Shown here: piece after piece, positions 14,511-27,848 of the stretch | How the letters are laid out: each line of letters starts with the position of its first letter | Numbering within the stretch: the first letter of the stretch is position 1 | Source of the DNA: Octopus vulgaris | Lineage: Eukaryota | NCBI GenBank assembly: GCA_951406725.2 | Contig: OX597834.1 | Location: 15,066,001 to 15,130,000, forward strand | Length of the DNA: 64,000 nucleotides | Reading direction: 5' to 3' | Notes under the pieces: generated by a model | What the model saw: only the letters and a program-made list of their open reading frames with translations | What the model was told of the DNA's origin: nothing | The model's database searches: none | Program-made: the position numbers and the translations under genes

Positions 14511-15491
14511 ACTGGAGGTAGAGGTAGGTATATACGTATATACGCATACTTTTATTGGCACCGAAGCAAATAAAACTTACTATAAAACACAATATTTGAA
14601 ACAAGTTACAATCGAAAGAAATAAGCGATGGCAAATTTTTTGCTAAACTGTGTTGAGTATTCCACGTTCCCGTTTACATAACTATTTCTAAATTTGTGTT
14701 TGAGTGCAACTGAATGTACCAGTAAGCAACTTTAAGGTATTCGAAGTTGAGACCACCAACATCTTGAGGATATTATTTTCTATTTCGATATATTGTATTA
14801 TAACTCTATAATATATTTATAACATTTTTTTCATGGCTTATTCTGCTATAAAATATTCATAAATCTTTTTCTAGAAAGTCTATCTTTCGCATTTTTTTAT
14901 TATTATATTCTGAATCTAACAGATTTAGCGTCAATCTAACGTCCTCAGAGATTCCTTGGCACCAGAAAAGCGGGATTTTGCTTTCTGTTAACTCTCTGAT
15001 TAATTTTCGATAAACAACGACTCTTTTTGCTTATTCTCAAAATTTCCTTCGTTATTTCCTGAGAAAATATTACGTTGTCATTTACAAAAAAACAATCCAT
15101 CTTATCAGTTTTGTCGTTTTATGCTGTGCCTTCAGTTTTGTGAACTTTTTCCACATTTTTACCCTTCATATTCCCATCTGTAATTATTTCTTCCCCATCG
15201 CACGGTGAAAGTGCGTACACAAGCTCAGTATAGTTTAAAAGAAAGTGTTTGCTAATCTATTTGTGATAGTAAGACCTTGAAAAATATTTTCTTCCTGAAC
15301 CTGAGATTTATGGATATATCTCTTATCTTTTTAAATTCTGAGTTCAAATCCTCTGTACATCAACTTTGCCCTTCATCCTTTCTGGCTCGATGAAATACCG
15401 TGCCATTGAAAGATGGGGTTGAATAAAATCGACTAGCTTTTTGCCCCTAAAAGTACTGGCGGTGTGTCATTAAAGCTAGTGGCGTTGAAAC

Positions 15492-15584
<93 letters not shown>

Positions 15585-15597
15585 ATTATTATTATTA

Positions 15598-15676
<79 letters not shown>

Positions 15677-15677
<1 letters not shown>

Positions 15678-15780
15678 GAGTGAGAGAGCAGTGCATGCCA
15701 TCAAAATGACACTGGGGTAAAATATACGAAGCCCAATATACTCATCATGACTACCCGCCTGATAAGGGTACACCAGGCAC

Positions 15781-15855
<75 letters not shown>

Positions 15856-16452
15856 TATGGCTAGAAGGATATTGAGTTTAACTTCATAACCAGCTGATCT
15901 AGCAAGCGGGGCCTCATATCGGTGAGGGGGGTGCCGGTTCGCATTGATGCCGTCGAGAGGTAGGCCCCGAAACGGCGCGCATTCTCTCCTGATGACTCCA
16001 TACACTTGCTGGCTTCCGGTATACGGAGCGTTTGACTGGTAGCACTTGCATGTGCAAGTTGTTTGCAAGATATTTATTATTGAGTGAGAGAACAGTGCAT
16101 GCCGTCTTGCTCTAAAGGTCCCTAAATAAGGGTTGTTTAAGGATGTTGAACGAAACACTCGCGTTTCCAAGGGTGAATTATTCAAACCCCAAAGAATCCC
16201 TCTCAACACATGGCTATGATGCTCCTCCACAACGTCTGCTCGTGATTAGAGATGCACATATCATCAGCCACTAAGGGACATGCTCAACTGGTTAAGATCA
16301 AACAACTGACAAGTAAATCTGTGGTATTTGAGCAGAATATTTGCTGTAACCCATCTTTTATACCATGGACAAAACAATGTACATGATAACACTTCCAATC
16401 AGTTAAGATCAGAAGACACGAGAGCCACTGCCTGGTACTGCATCAGGGCATT
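15677..16452 (-). mobile_element. Cluster of (AAT)n-tailed retroposon 3' fragments; homolog at 52112-52217 (+)
   Basis: GGCATGCACTGCTCTCTCACTCAATAATAAT end at 15677 and again (one mismatch) at 16080. 15677-15780 is the reverse complement of 52112-52217. Confidence 0.6.
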
Positions 16453-16456
16453 TGTT

Positions 16457-16528
<72 letters not shown>

Positions 16529-16530
16529 AC

Positions 16531-16588
<58 letters not shown>

Positions 16589-16589
16589 G

Positions 16590-16659
<70 letters not shown>

Positions 16660-16774
16660 CACAATAATTATTATTATTATTATTATTATTATTGTTATTA
16701 TTATTATTGTTGTTGTTGTTGTTGTAATATAAATGTTTTTATTACTATCAGCATTAGCAGAAGCAGTAAAAGAA

Positions 16775-16854
16775 ACAGCAGCAGCAGCAGCAGCAGTAGT
16801 AGTTGTAGTAGTTTTAGTAGTAGCGGCAGCAGTAGAGGCAGCAGCAGCAGTAGT

Positions 16855-16892
<38 letters not shown>

Positions 16893-16997
16893 TAGCAGCA
16901 GCAGCAGCAGTAGTAGTAGTAGCAACAGTAGTTGTAGTAGTTTTAGTAGTAGTAGCAGCAGCAGCAGGCAGCAGCAGCAGAGCAGCAGCAGCAGCAT

Positions 16998-17051
<54 letters not shown>

Positions 17052-17139
17052 CAGCAGCAGTAGCAGCGGCAGCAGCAGTAGCGGCAGTAGCAGCAGCAGC
17101 GGCAGCAGTAGCAGCAGCAGTAGTAGTAGTAGTAGTAGT

Positions 17140-17198
<59 letters not shown>

Positions 17199-17205
17199 TA
17201 GTAGT

Positions 17206-17294
<89 letters not shown>

Positions 17295-17298
17295 TAGT

Positions 17299-17330
<32 letters not shown>

Positions 17331-17349
17331 CAGCAGTAGTAGTAGTAGT

Positions 17350-17414
<65 letters not shown>

Positions 17415-17427
17415 CAGCAGCAGCAGC
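16775..17427. repeat. ~650-bp compound (GCA)n/(GTA)n tract following (ATT)n at 16453-16725
   Basis: Directly visible. Confidence 0.97.
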
Positions 17428-17977
17428 GTCATTATCATTCTACACACCATCAGTACTAACTTCGTTTATTCCAATGTCACCAATATTGTTATCTTTATTC
17501 TTTATTCAGGGTTTTTGGTTATGGTCCTCGATATAAACATTTTTCAAGGATTTTTTTTTAGCGTTTACATACAACACAGATAATAAAATAAATTAGTTCC
17601 CATGACGGAAATAGAATATATTTCTCATTTACCATTATCTGCAATGTGCGGTTCCAGCAATCCTACAGCAATATGAGAATGCCCGTTTTAAAGAGAGCAC
17701 TACGTATCGGAAATGGGAAAGGCTGTTTGAGGTTGAGCTTTTTGTTTATATCGTTATGTGGAAAGATAGGAGTAAATGCGTTGCCATTATAAAGATGAAC
17801 TTGTTATTTATATCGCATTGAAATCATCTGAAATTGAATTATTGTATAAAGAAAATAGAAATGCACAATCATAAATATGCACAACAAGCACACACAAAAC
17901 AGACGCGTATATGTATACATGCATACATACGTACGCATATATATATATATGTATGTATATATATGTATATATATATA

Positions 17978-18032
<55 letters not shown>

Positions 18033-18089
18033 ATAATACATAGGGCAATAATATTTCTAGCACAACGCTTTCCTATTTGGAAGCCTCTT

Positions 18090-18144
<55 letters not shown>

Positions 18145-18570
18145 CTGTGTGTGTGTGTGTGTGTATATTTCTTCTATTCTTTTACTTGTTTCAGTTATTT
18201 CAATGCGACCATGCTTTCACCGTCTTTCACAGTCGAACAATTTGACCCCAGGAGTTGTAAGCACACTACATATTTTATCGAGCTCTTTTGCCGAACCGCT
18301 AAGTGTCGGCGGGGGGGGGGCGCACACACAGATGCAGAAATACATATATGTATATAGATATATATATAGATATGTATAGATATATATATATCTTTTTTTT
18401 CAAGAAGAACCGAAACATGTAAAATCTCCCAGAAAATTAAAATTTATCTTATACAATGGCGTTTTCAAACTTTTTTTATAAAAGTACATATATAATTGTT
18501 GAAGGCGGTGCCCCAGCATGGTCACAGCCAAACAAATGACACAGGTAAAGGGTAATGTATATATATATAG

Positions 18571-18635
<65 letters not shown>

Positions 18636-18653
18636 TATGCTTACATGCATACA

Positions 18654-19482
18654 TGCGGTGGGTTAATTGTCGCCATTTTATTATTTTTAATTTTGCACAT
18701 GCGCATTGTATGCTTTGTTTCTATTTTGTCGACCACTCCTTATAGTATGAGAAAAAACATCACCGTGATACAATTCATTTGAAATTTTAAAGCCATATGT
18801 TGCACTGCTTGGTATTCGCGCCGGAGGCTCCAGTATGAGCGTTTCAGGGTGTTTGAGTGTCAATATGAGATCCGTGCATATACCGAGAGTGATAAAAATC
18901 AAACAGCCAATCAACATCATGGTGTTTGGAGTGATCACTGTTGATAGTGACGTCATGGCTTCATTCATCTTCCAGCACAGCCTCACACACAACACGGAGG
19001 CCTATATCAAGTTCCTGGAGGAGTTTGAGCAAGAGATTGGGTCAAGAGGGTGTCTGCTGGACTCTGCACCATGCCACACAATCAGGAGAACCCAGTCATG
19101 GCTGTTAGACAATTTCTACAACTACACCACTCCTAACATCTGGCCAACTAACTCCCCAGACTAAAATCCCTCTTGATTATTATATATGGGGCACAGTTGA
19201 GCGAGAGATCAACAAAACTCCTTGTATCACTAAAGATGAACCGAATGCAAGGATTATGGCAGCATTCACCAACTTAAACAAGCAGGCCGTCGAGAAGAGT
19301 TGCAGGCGATTCTGAAGTCGTCTGGAGGCGATGGTTGAAGTCAATGTGGATTGTTATTGAACAAATTTACTCCTTAGTATTTGAAGACATTTTTATGTAA
19401 TTTTGGTAAAATACATCTGTTAAAACGAGATGTCAATGTAATTTTCATTTTCGAGTAATTTAGACAACAATACATTCACCGC

Positions 19483-19488
<6 letters not shown>
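18654..19488 (+). mobile_element. Internally deleted, decayed Tc1/mariner transposon, DD37D (maT) type
   Basis: Transposase remnant MVFGVIT...DSAPCH...IWPTNSPD*NPLDYYIWGTVE...RF*SRLEAMVE, with 37 residues between the 2nd and 3rd D after one frameshift. Degenerate TIRs: TGCGGTGGGTTAATTGTCG at left, CAATACATTCACCGCACCCTATA at right. Confidence 0.85.
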
Positions 19489-19534
<46 letters not shown>

Positions 19535-19712
19535 AAGAACACCTTTTATCAATTCAAAATGAATAATTGAATTACACCATCTAGAAAATAATTGAATTGA
19601 TAAAAGGTGTTTTTTTCTAATATTTTATATATATATTATATTGTGTGGAATTTGATTTAGTATTTCTAAATTGAAGTCTTTTTCCTTGTAAGTTTGGATT
19701 TTATTCCCTCAA

Positions 19713-19747
<35 letters not shown>

Positions 19748-19774
19748 TGTATGTATGTATGTATGTATGTATGT

Positions 19775-19850
<76 letters not shown>

Positions 19851-20279
19851 GTAGATAGAAAAGAGAGAAACTGGAAAAGATGACTACAAATTAAATAATT
19901 CTGTAGCCAGCAAATAGATATATATTGCGTTTATATTTTATATATTATAAATTAATATATTGATTAATTACACATACTTTATCTTTCTAGGCTTCAAAGT
20001 AATAAGATGAAAGATTATATAATTTATGTCTGCGTAACGTGTCTGCGTGTTTGTGAGCGTGTGTGTGTGTGTGTGTGTGTGCGTGTGTGTGTGTGTGTGT
20101 GTTTGTGAATGTACAACTTGTGGGTCTTAGTTATTTTTGCTGACATATATAAAATGTCGTTGAAGCTGTGTACGAATTTTTCTCTTTAAACAAGATTAAT
20201 CATAATGTTCTCTGTCATAAAGAGAGAAACTTTAACGGAACATATTTAAAGTTGGATTCTAAGAGGGCAGTAGGCACGC

Positions 20280-20318
<39 letters not shown>

Positions 20319-20354
20319 CATTATTATTATTATTAATTATTATTATTATTATTA

Positions 20355-20400
<46 letters not shown>

Positions 20401-20637
20401 CATTATTATTATTATTATTATTATTATTGTTATTATTACTATATATATTTGACTTTTGCTTTATATTTGTACAAGTTGGCTCCAAGTCTCACCCAGAGAC
20501 ATCAAGAGACAACAGGTTGGAAGTTCGTGATGTTGTTATGCCTAGTGTGCCATATATTTGATTTTGTATTTTGTGTTGTACAAGGGAAAGTAAAAAAAAA
20601 ACAAAAAAAAACGAAAATTATGTTTGTTTTAAAACTT

Positions 20638-20675
<38 letters not shown>

Positions 20676-21195
20676 GTTATTATTATAACCCTCTCCAGTT
20701 TTGGGCCAGCGGCCCAATTAGCCCCTCACCGCAGCTAGTTTAAAAGTCCACACAGAGAGCGTCTTGTAAGCTAGTGCATAATATATGCGAAGACGCATGG
20801 CCTAATAGCTAGGCGTAACGCACTCAAGATCGTGAGGTCGTAGTTTCAATACCAGCACCGGCTGCGCTTTGTGGTCTGGCTCAAAATATTGCATTTCAGA
20901 TTGCTCCAGATACCATCAGCTGTAAATGCGTACCACTGCGACGGACCGGCTTCCCGTTCAAACGGAATGCAGACCTGCCACCCGCCTAGCTAATATGTTG
21001 GCATCATTCGAATGCTAAACTGATGCAAAGTACATCGTGACCAGCGATGTATAACAACCTCCGATACCATGGTGCATCAAATGATCACGTGATACCTATA
21101 AATGTGAGTGTGTATACACACAAGAACAACAAAAACCAAGGCAGGACGAGTATCTCAACTCCTTTATATTCGTTTAGATCACCAGTGAACTAAAC

Positions 21196-21267
<72 letters not shown>

Positions 21268-21276
21268 TATATGTAT

Positions 21277-21437
21277 AGGCGCAGGAGTGACTGTGTGATA
21301 CCAAGCTTGCTTCCTAACCACAGGCTTCTAGGTTCATTCCCAATGCGTGGCAACTTGGGCAAGTGTCTTCTGCAATAGCCTCGAGCCGACCAAAGCGTTT
21401 TGAGTGGATTTGGTAAACGGAAACTGAAAGAAGCCTC

Positions 21438-21479
<42 letters not shown>

Positions 21480-22080
21480 GAAAGAGATGCTGAGGCCCCC
21501 TTCGGTCATGACTGACCATGGGATTGCACCTAGAAAGTTACCCTCCCAGGCACAAGTCCGGGCAAGGTTGTTTATGGAAGCCCAGCAGTCGCTCATGCAC
21601 ACCAGCCTCCCTTCTCTACGTCACCGATGTTGTCCAAGGGAAAGGCAAGGGCCGATACAGCTTGGCACCATTGACGTCGCAACTCATTTCTACAGCTGAG
21701 TGAACTGGAGCAACGTGAAATAAAGTGTTTTGCTGAAGAACACAACACGTAGTCCGTTTCGGAATTCGAACTCACAACTTCACGATCGGAAGCTCGACGC
21801 TCTAACTACTGATATATAGATATATATATATAGAGAGAGAGAGATATATAAGCTGTGTGTATTTGAATGTCTGTGTTTGTACCCCAAGGTCTGTGTTTGT
21901 CCCACCAACTTCGCTTGATGTTGTGCTAAAGTCCCCGTAACCTAGCGTTTTGGCAAAACAGACCGACAGAATAAGTACTAGGTTTACAAAGAATGAGTCC
22001 TGAGGTCTGGTTGATCGACTACAGGCGGTAATCTAGCATGGCCATCATCAAATGACGGAAACAAGTAAAAGTAGAAGAAA
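21277..22080 (+). mobile_element. Family A SINE with another SINE nested in its internal (TA)n
   Basis: Head at 21277-21440, 3' half at ~21850-22080. Confidence 0.8.
21490..21811 (-). mobile_element. tRNA-derived SINE, family C (Meta/CORE-like central domain)
   Basis: Head TCAGTAGTTAGAGCG...GAGTTCGAATTCC, then TGTGTTCTTCAGCAAAACACTTTATTTC...CAGCTGTAGAAATGAGT. Homolog at 43838-44137. Confidence 0.85.
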
Positions 22081-22133
22081 GAATATAGATAGTATTCCCT
22101 ATAAAACGAATGACTTTAATATTACGTAAAATC

Positions 22134-22318
22134 AAGGCGACGGGATGGTAGAATGGTTAAGCCGCCGGGCATAATGCATAGCAGCATTTCGTCTGTCGGC
22201 ACGTTCTGAGTTCAAATTTCGCCCAGGTCGACTTTGCCTTTTATCCTTTTGAAGTCTATAAAATAAATATCAGTTGAATACTAGGGGTCGATTTTCCCTT
22301 GTGTCAAAATCTGAAACC
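22134..22318 (+). mobile_element. Family B SINE, alternative tail, diverged
   Basis: Same head and core, ending CCTTGTGTCAAAATCTGAAA. Similar diverged copies at ~5870-5990(-), 15340-15460(+), 29740-29905(-), 39380-39585(-), 44710-44865(+), 60549-60730(+) and 61060-61265(+). Confidence 0.75.
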
Positions 22319-23415
22319 AGTATTACGTATAATCCGTTAAGGCGCATGTCTTAATGGTTAAGCTAATCATTTCACGATCTGAAGGTCTGATTTCGATTCC
22401 CGACGGCGCGGTGTCCTTGGTCAAGTCACTTTATTTCATACTTCTACAAAAATGAGCTGTACCTGTTTTCCAAAGTGCCAAACGTATCACAATTGGTATC
22501 AAGCTGAATCTCCCTGAGACGTACATCAAGGATATTTTTTACTGTGGAGTACCCGTCCCCTTGCCTACTATATGCACTGGCAGGCTGTTCTGTTCATCGG
22601 TTCAACTGTAACACACTTCGTCACAACAAACACAGTGTCACCCATATATAATCAGTAAACATAGAATTATATTATTTAAAGATGCGCAGCCTCATTATAT
22701 CTACATATAGTTTTAATGCTTCCGGAATGAAATTGATCTTTAACATTATAGGTGATAATTAAGAGAAATGACGTCGAGATATGGAAATGATGTTTGTTAT
22801 ATTATAGGAATCGCATCTCGTATTTGCAAGCCGTTGAAATGTAATTCAGGCGTTAGTGTAAATATGTAATTATTATGTAGATGTCAGTAATTTAGATACT
22901 ATTTATGTCATTAAGTATTATGTATACTAATTATATTTGAGTGACTTCAACGAGGATTGAACGAGGAAACTACGGAAGTGGCGGTTTTTCATCGCCGCAT
23001 TTGCTTATAAGGAGAAGTTGGAGAGGGCTGCGATTAATATTTGGATGTTTGATTTTATTCTTTTATTTGTTTCAGTCAATTGGCTGCGACCATGATGGAG
23101 CACGGACTTGAACAATTCGACCCCAAGAAGTATTGCTTTTTCTTAAAACCTAGTACTTATTCAGTCGGTCTCTTTTGCCGAACCGCTAGTTTACAAGGAG
23201 GTAAGCAATCCAGTACCCGTTGCCAAGCACGGGTTACAAACACAGACACAGACACACACATAGCTATATACATACACACATACACACATAAATATATATA
23301 TGTATATATATATGTGTGTGCTTGTGTGTGTGCGTGTGTCTGTGTTTGTGTGTGTGTATGTGTGTGTGTTTGTGTGTGGTGTGTATGTGTGTGTGTATGT
23401 GTAAAAAAGGCTGAA

Positions 23416-23562
23416 TTAAATTCGTCCTTTTTTTTTAGCTTTCCACAAAAAGAATTCTAAAATAGATTCTTCATATTTTGATGGTAGTATGCTACCATCA
23501 AAATATGAAGAATCTATTTTAGAATTCTTTTTGTAGAAAGCTTAAAAAAAGGACGAATTTAA
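23416..23562. repeat. Near-perfect 147-bp palindrome
   Basis: Centre ...GATGGTAGTA|TGCTACCATC... at 23489/23490. Confidence 0.95.
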
Positions 23563-23921
23563 ACTGGCGTACAATTGCGAATATGGAAATAATACCTGTA
23601 TATGGTGTGTTGGGAATTTATGGAAAAGAAACCACATAAAACTCAACAATTTTAATGAAAATGGAGAAGAGAAGATGCTGAAATATATAAGAGAATTTTA
23701 ATTCAAGCAGACGATCGTTTCGTATAGCGAATGCTAAGCAATACAGCATGCCATTTCCAAATTTCTTGCAGATTGAGTTGCATCATGGTGCTGTTATTCT
23801 CACAAACGGTGCCCAACTGATCCTACTATACTGTGTAATCGACAAAATCGAAAGCAAACAATACACATACGTGTAATTAAAAATATAAAATGGCGACAAT
23901 TTATCCATCGCACGCTGTATG

Positions 23922-24027
<106 letters not shown>

Positions 24028-24036
24028 GTATGTATG

Positions 24037-24083
<47 letters not shown>

Positions 24084-24112
24084 GTATGTATATGTATGTA
24101 TATATATATATG

Positions 24113-24167
<55 letters not shown>

Positions 24168-24799
24168 GTATATATACGTGTGTGCGTATGTATGTATGTA
24201 CTGATGGAAATATTAAATGACTAAAAAACTTGCGTTAATTAGTAATTTACAAACACGAAGCTACACAGGCATATACAATTAGGCCATATAGAAACGCACA
24301 CATACACACACACAAACATAGATAGACACATGCATATGCATATAAAAGATGCTCACACAAACACATACATAAATCGATCTTTTTTATGTTTTTTGCTTTC
24401 GAACAACTTAATTGATTGCGTGTATTGATCTGTCTAAAGATATATTCACACATACAGAATACTACCTCTTAGAATAGGTGTATAGATAAATAATTATAGA
24501 TAAATAGTTTTACGGGTTTTCGTCTTTTACTGTTATATAATATTAATTCATATTTAATTGACATCATGCTAAATACAAGAATATTTAATGAACCTGTACA
24601 TCGACACACTTACACATACACACATATAGACAGATATTTAGCCAGACATACAGTCAGACAGATTGATAGACAGACGGATAAGCAGATAGACATAGAGATA
24701 TAGGTAGATAGGTAAATAGGTTGTGAGTTAAATAAGTAGATAGATAGACAGACAGATAGACAGGCAGATAGATAGACAGACAGATAGATATACAGATAT

Positions 24800-24860
<61 letters not shown>

Positions 24861-24867
24861 TAGATAG

Positions 24868-24898
<31 letters not shown>

Positions 24899-24923
24899 AA
24901 TAGATTAATAGATAGATAGATAA

Positions 24924-25018
<95 letters not shown>

Positions 25019-25020
25019 TT

Positions 25021-25165
25021 TACATTATTTACATTTGACGGATATTTGTCTCCATCTTGTTTGTTGTCAACAAAACGTCTCGGCTGATATACTCTCTACC
25101 CTTCATTAAGAGTCTTGGTGAAAGTTCAAAACTGCGTTCTCGTTTCTAAGGAAATTTTTGATATT
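25021..25165 (-). mobile_element. Short Penelope-type repeat P3 with decayed hammerhead motif
   Basis: Minus strand reads TTAATGA-A-GGGTAG..TATAT-CAGCC-GAGA-CGT-T. The same family is at 4870-4943 (CAGCC-AAAA-CGT-T-GTGT). Confidence 0.5.
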
Positions 25166-25182
25166 ATTATTATTATTATCAC

Positions 25183-25213
<31 letters not shown>

Positions 25214-25231
25214 TTCATCTTCATCATCATC

Positions 25232-25352
<121 letters not shown>

Positions 25353-25785
25353 GTGTCATAAGGTAAATATTTAACGTCTGCTTGTAAGAGTAGCTTTGGA
25401 TGCAGCCCTCAGGCTTAATGAAATGCACAGATGATGTATGAATATATGTGTGAATGTGTGTGTTTGGTGCGTTTTGCTCGAGTCTGTGTACATTACATCC
25501 ATACCTATGGACATCTATTATTTTATTAAATAATGAAGACAGAAATGAAAACAAAACTGAGATATCAAATACTCTGTACGTGTGTGTGTATGTGCATGTG
25601 TTAATATATATATATATATGTGCGAGTGTGTGTGTATCTACATATACGCTCACATGTGCGTATATACAAAGTTATTTATATAACTTAATATACATACATA
25701 TGTATATATATATATGTGTGTGTGTATATACATACATGCGAATTTATCACAATGAATATGTATGTGAATATGTGCACACAGGTAC

Positions 25786-25862
<77 letters not shown>

Positions 25863-25871
25863 TTTATGTAC

Positions 25872-25923
<52 letters not shown>

Positions 25924-26077
25924 CATATAACATATATATGCATTTATATGCAGATACATATATATTTATGAAATATATGTATATACATATAATCTATGGT
26001 ATACGCTCGCACACACATACGCACACACGCAAACAGGCACATAAATACATACATACATACATACATACATACATACA

Positions 26078-26210
<133 letters not shown>

Positions 26211-27149
26211 TACATTACTTTTTTTAATTATTAAATAATGTGGACATATTCAAGACTTTTATGGGCAGCAGCAAGTGATAAATATTTATATCATTAGGAA
26301 CCGTATGAATCAAGAAAAAAAATCGAAACCAATTTAACATATTCAACTAGAAATTGCAGCTGTTTTGATAATTGATGTTTTTACTCGATATTAACTGAAT
26401 TCATAATCGTTACATTTAGATTTTAGATAGAAATATTGCTGATGCGTCTATCTATAATTTTTCTTTGCAATTTCTTAGCGGTTTCGTTATTAACGTCCAA
26501 CCATTAAACTACAGAAATAAAGAAAGTCAAATGTAAAGATAGTGAAGATATATAACGATCTAAATTGTATAAATTACGCTGGGTGACTGCGGGAAATCTA
26601 TTCAATTTTGATACATCCATATCATGTTTGGTTTGTTTGTTCCACATCTGCTGTCTCCTTCCTGGGCAGGAAATATTTTCCCGTTGTTTAATTTGAAGGT
26701 TATTAATGAATTATTGAAATGTTCTGTTATTAGATTACTGATGTCTGTGTAAATGGTAGAGAGATTTCTCTGCGTCCGGTCGATGTGTGATAGGAAACTT
26801 ATAGCGAATGTTTACCAGAGTATATATATGTATATGTATGTATATTTGTATGTGTGTGTGTGTCTGTCATTGTGTTTGTGTCATTGTGTCCGGGTTTGCT
26901 CCCACCACTACAGCTTCATTACCGGTGTTGGTGTGTTTACGTCTCCGTAACTTATCGGTTCGGCAAAATGGACCGATAGAATGAGTACCATGTTTTAAAA
27001 TAAAATAAATACCGGAGTCAATTAGTTCAGATAAATTTCCTCAAGGCGCTGCCCCAGACTGGTCGCACTATAATGACAGAAACAATTGAAAGATAAAATT
27101 TAAAGGCGAAATACCGTCCACGCTGTGTTCTGTATGTATGATTTATAAC

Positions 27150-27347
27150 CTACGTATTTGATACGGTAAAACACTCACGGAAATATTAGATGCACCTCAT
27201 TTTCTGCAAGGTATATTCAGGAATAAAAGATTTTAGTTCATTAAATCATGTAATGCACACCCAACGTCCTACATAGGAGTCTGGGTGATTTTAGAAGACA
27301 ACTTTTGGGGAAGAAAAGTGCGTCCTATATGCCACAGAATACGGTAT
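27150..27347. mobile_element. Decayed pogo/Tc2-type MITE (second partial copy from 28769)
   Basis: The right end read on the minus strand, TACCGTATTCTGTGGCATATAGGACGCAC, matches 28769 TACCGTATTTGATGACATAAAAGACGCAC. Internal similarity continues ~100 bp. Confidence 0.5.
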
Positions 27348-27439
27348 GTGTGTCTGAAATACTCAGAAAGTTATAGATTAACGCTAATTGGTAGCCAAAT
27401 GTGTAGTCTCTGCTTTGCAGAGAGAAATATGAGAGTCAT

Positions 27440-27848
27440 GAGCTGGCAAAAACGTTAGCACGCTGGGCGAAATGCTTAGCGGTATTTCGTCTGCCGCTAC
27501 GTTCTGAGTTCAAATTCCGCCGAGGTCGACTTTGCCTTTCATCTCTTCAGGGTCGATAAATTAAGTACCAGTTACGCACTGGGGTCAATGTAATCGACTT
27601 AATACCTATATGTGTCCTTGTTTGTCCCCTCTATGTTTAGCCCCTTGTGGGTAATAAAGAAATAGGTATTTCGTCTACCATTACGTTCTGAGTTCAAATT
27701 ACACCGAGGTCGACTTTGCCTTTCATCCCTTCGGAGTCGATAAATTAAGTACCAGCTACGCACTGGAGTCGATGTAATCAACTTAAACACTTTGCCTGTC
27801 CTTGTTTGTCTCCTTTATGTTTAGCCCCTTGTGGGCAATAAAGAAATA
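27440..27848 (+). mobile_element. Family B SINE head-to-tail dimer, Tx1-type tails, 14-bp TSD
   Basis: A full unit followed by a second unit starting at GGTATTTCGTCT. TSD AGAGAGAAATATGA at 27419-27432 and 27849-27862. Confidence 0.9.

Noticed and set aside
16733-17536. Poly-Ala/Val or poly-Gln ORF
   Set aside because: Compound microsatellite; the Gln frame is full of TAG stops and there is no coding context.
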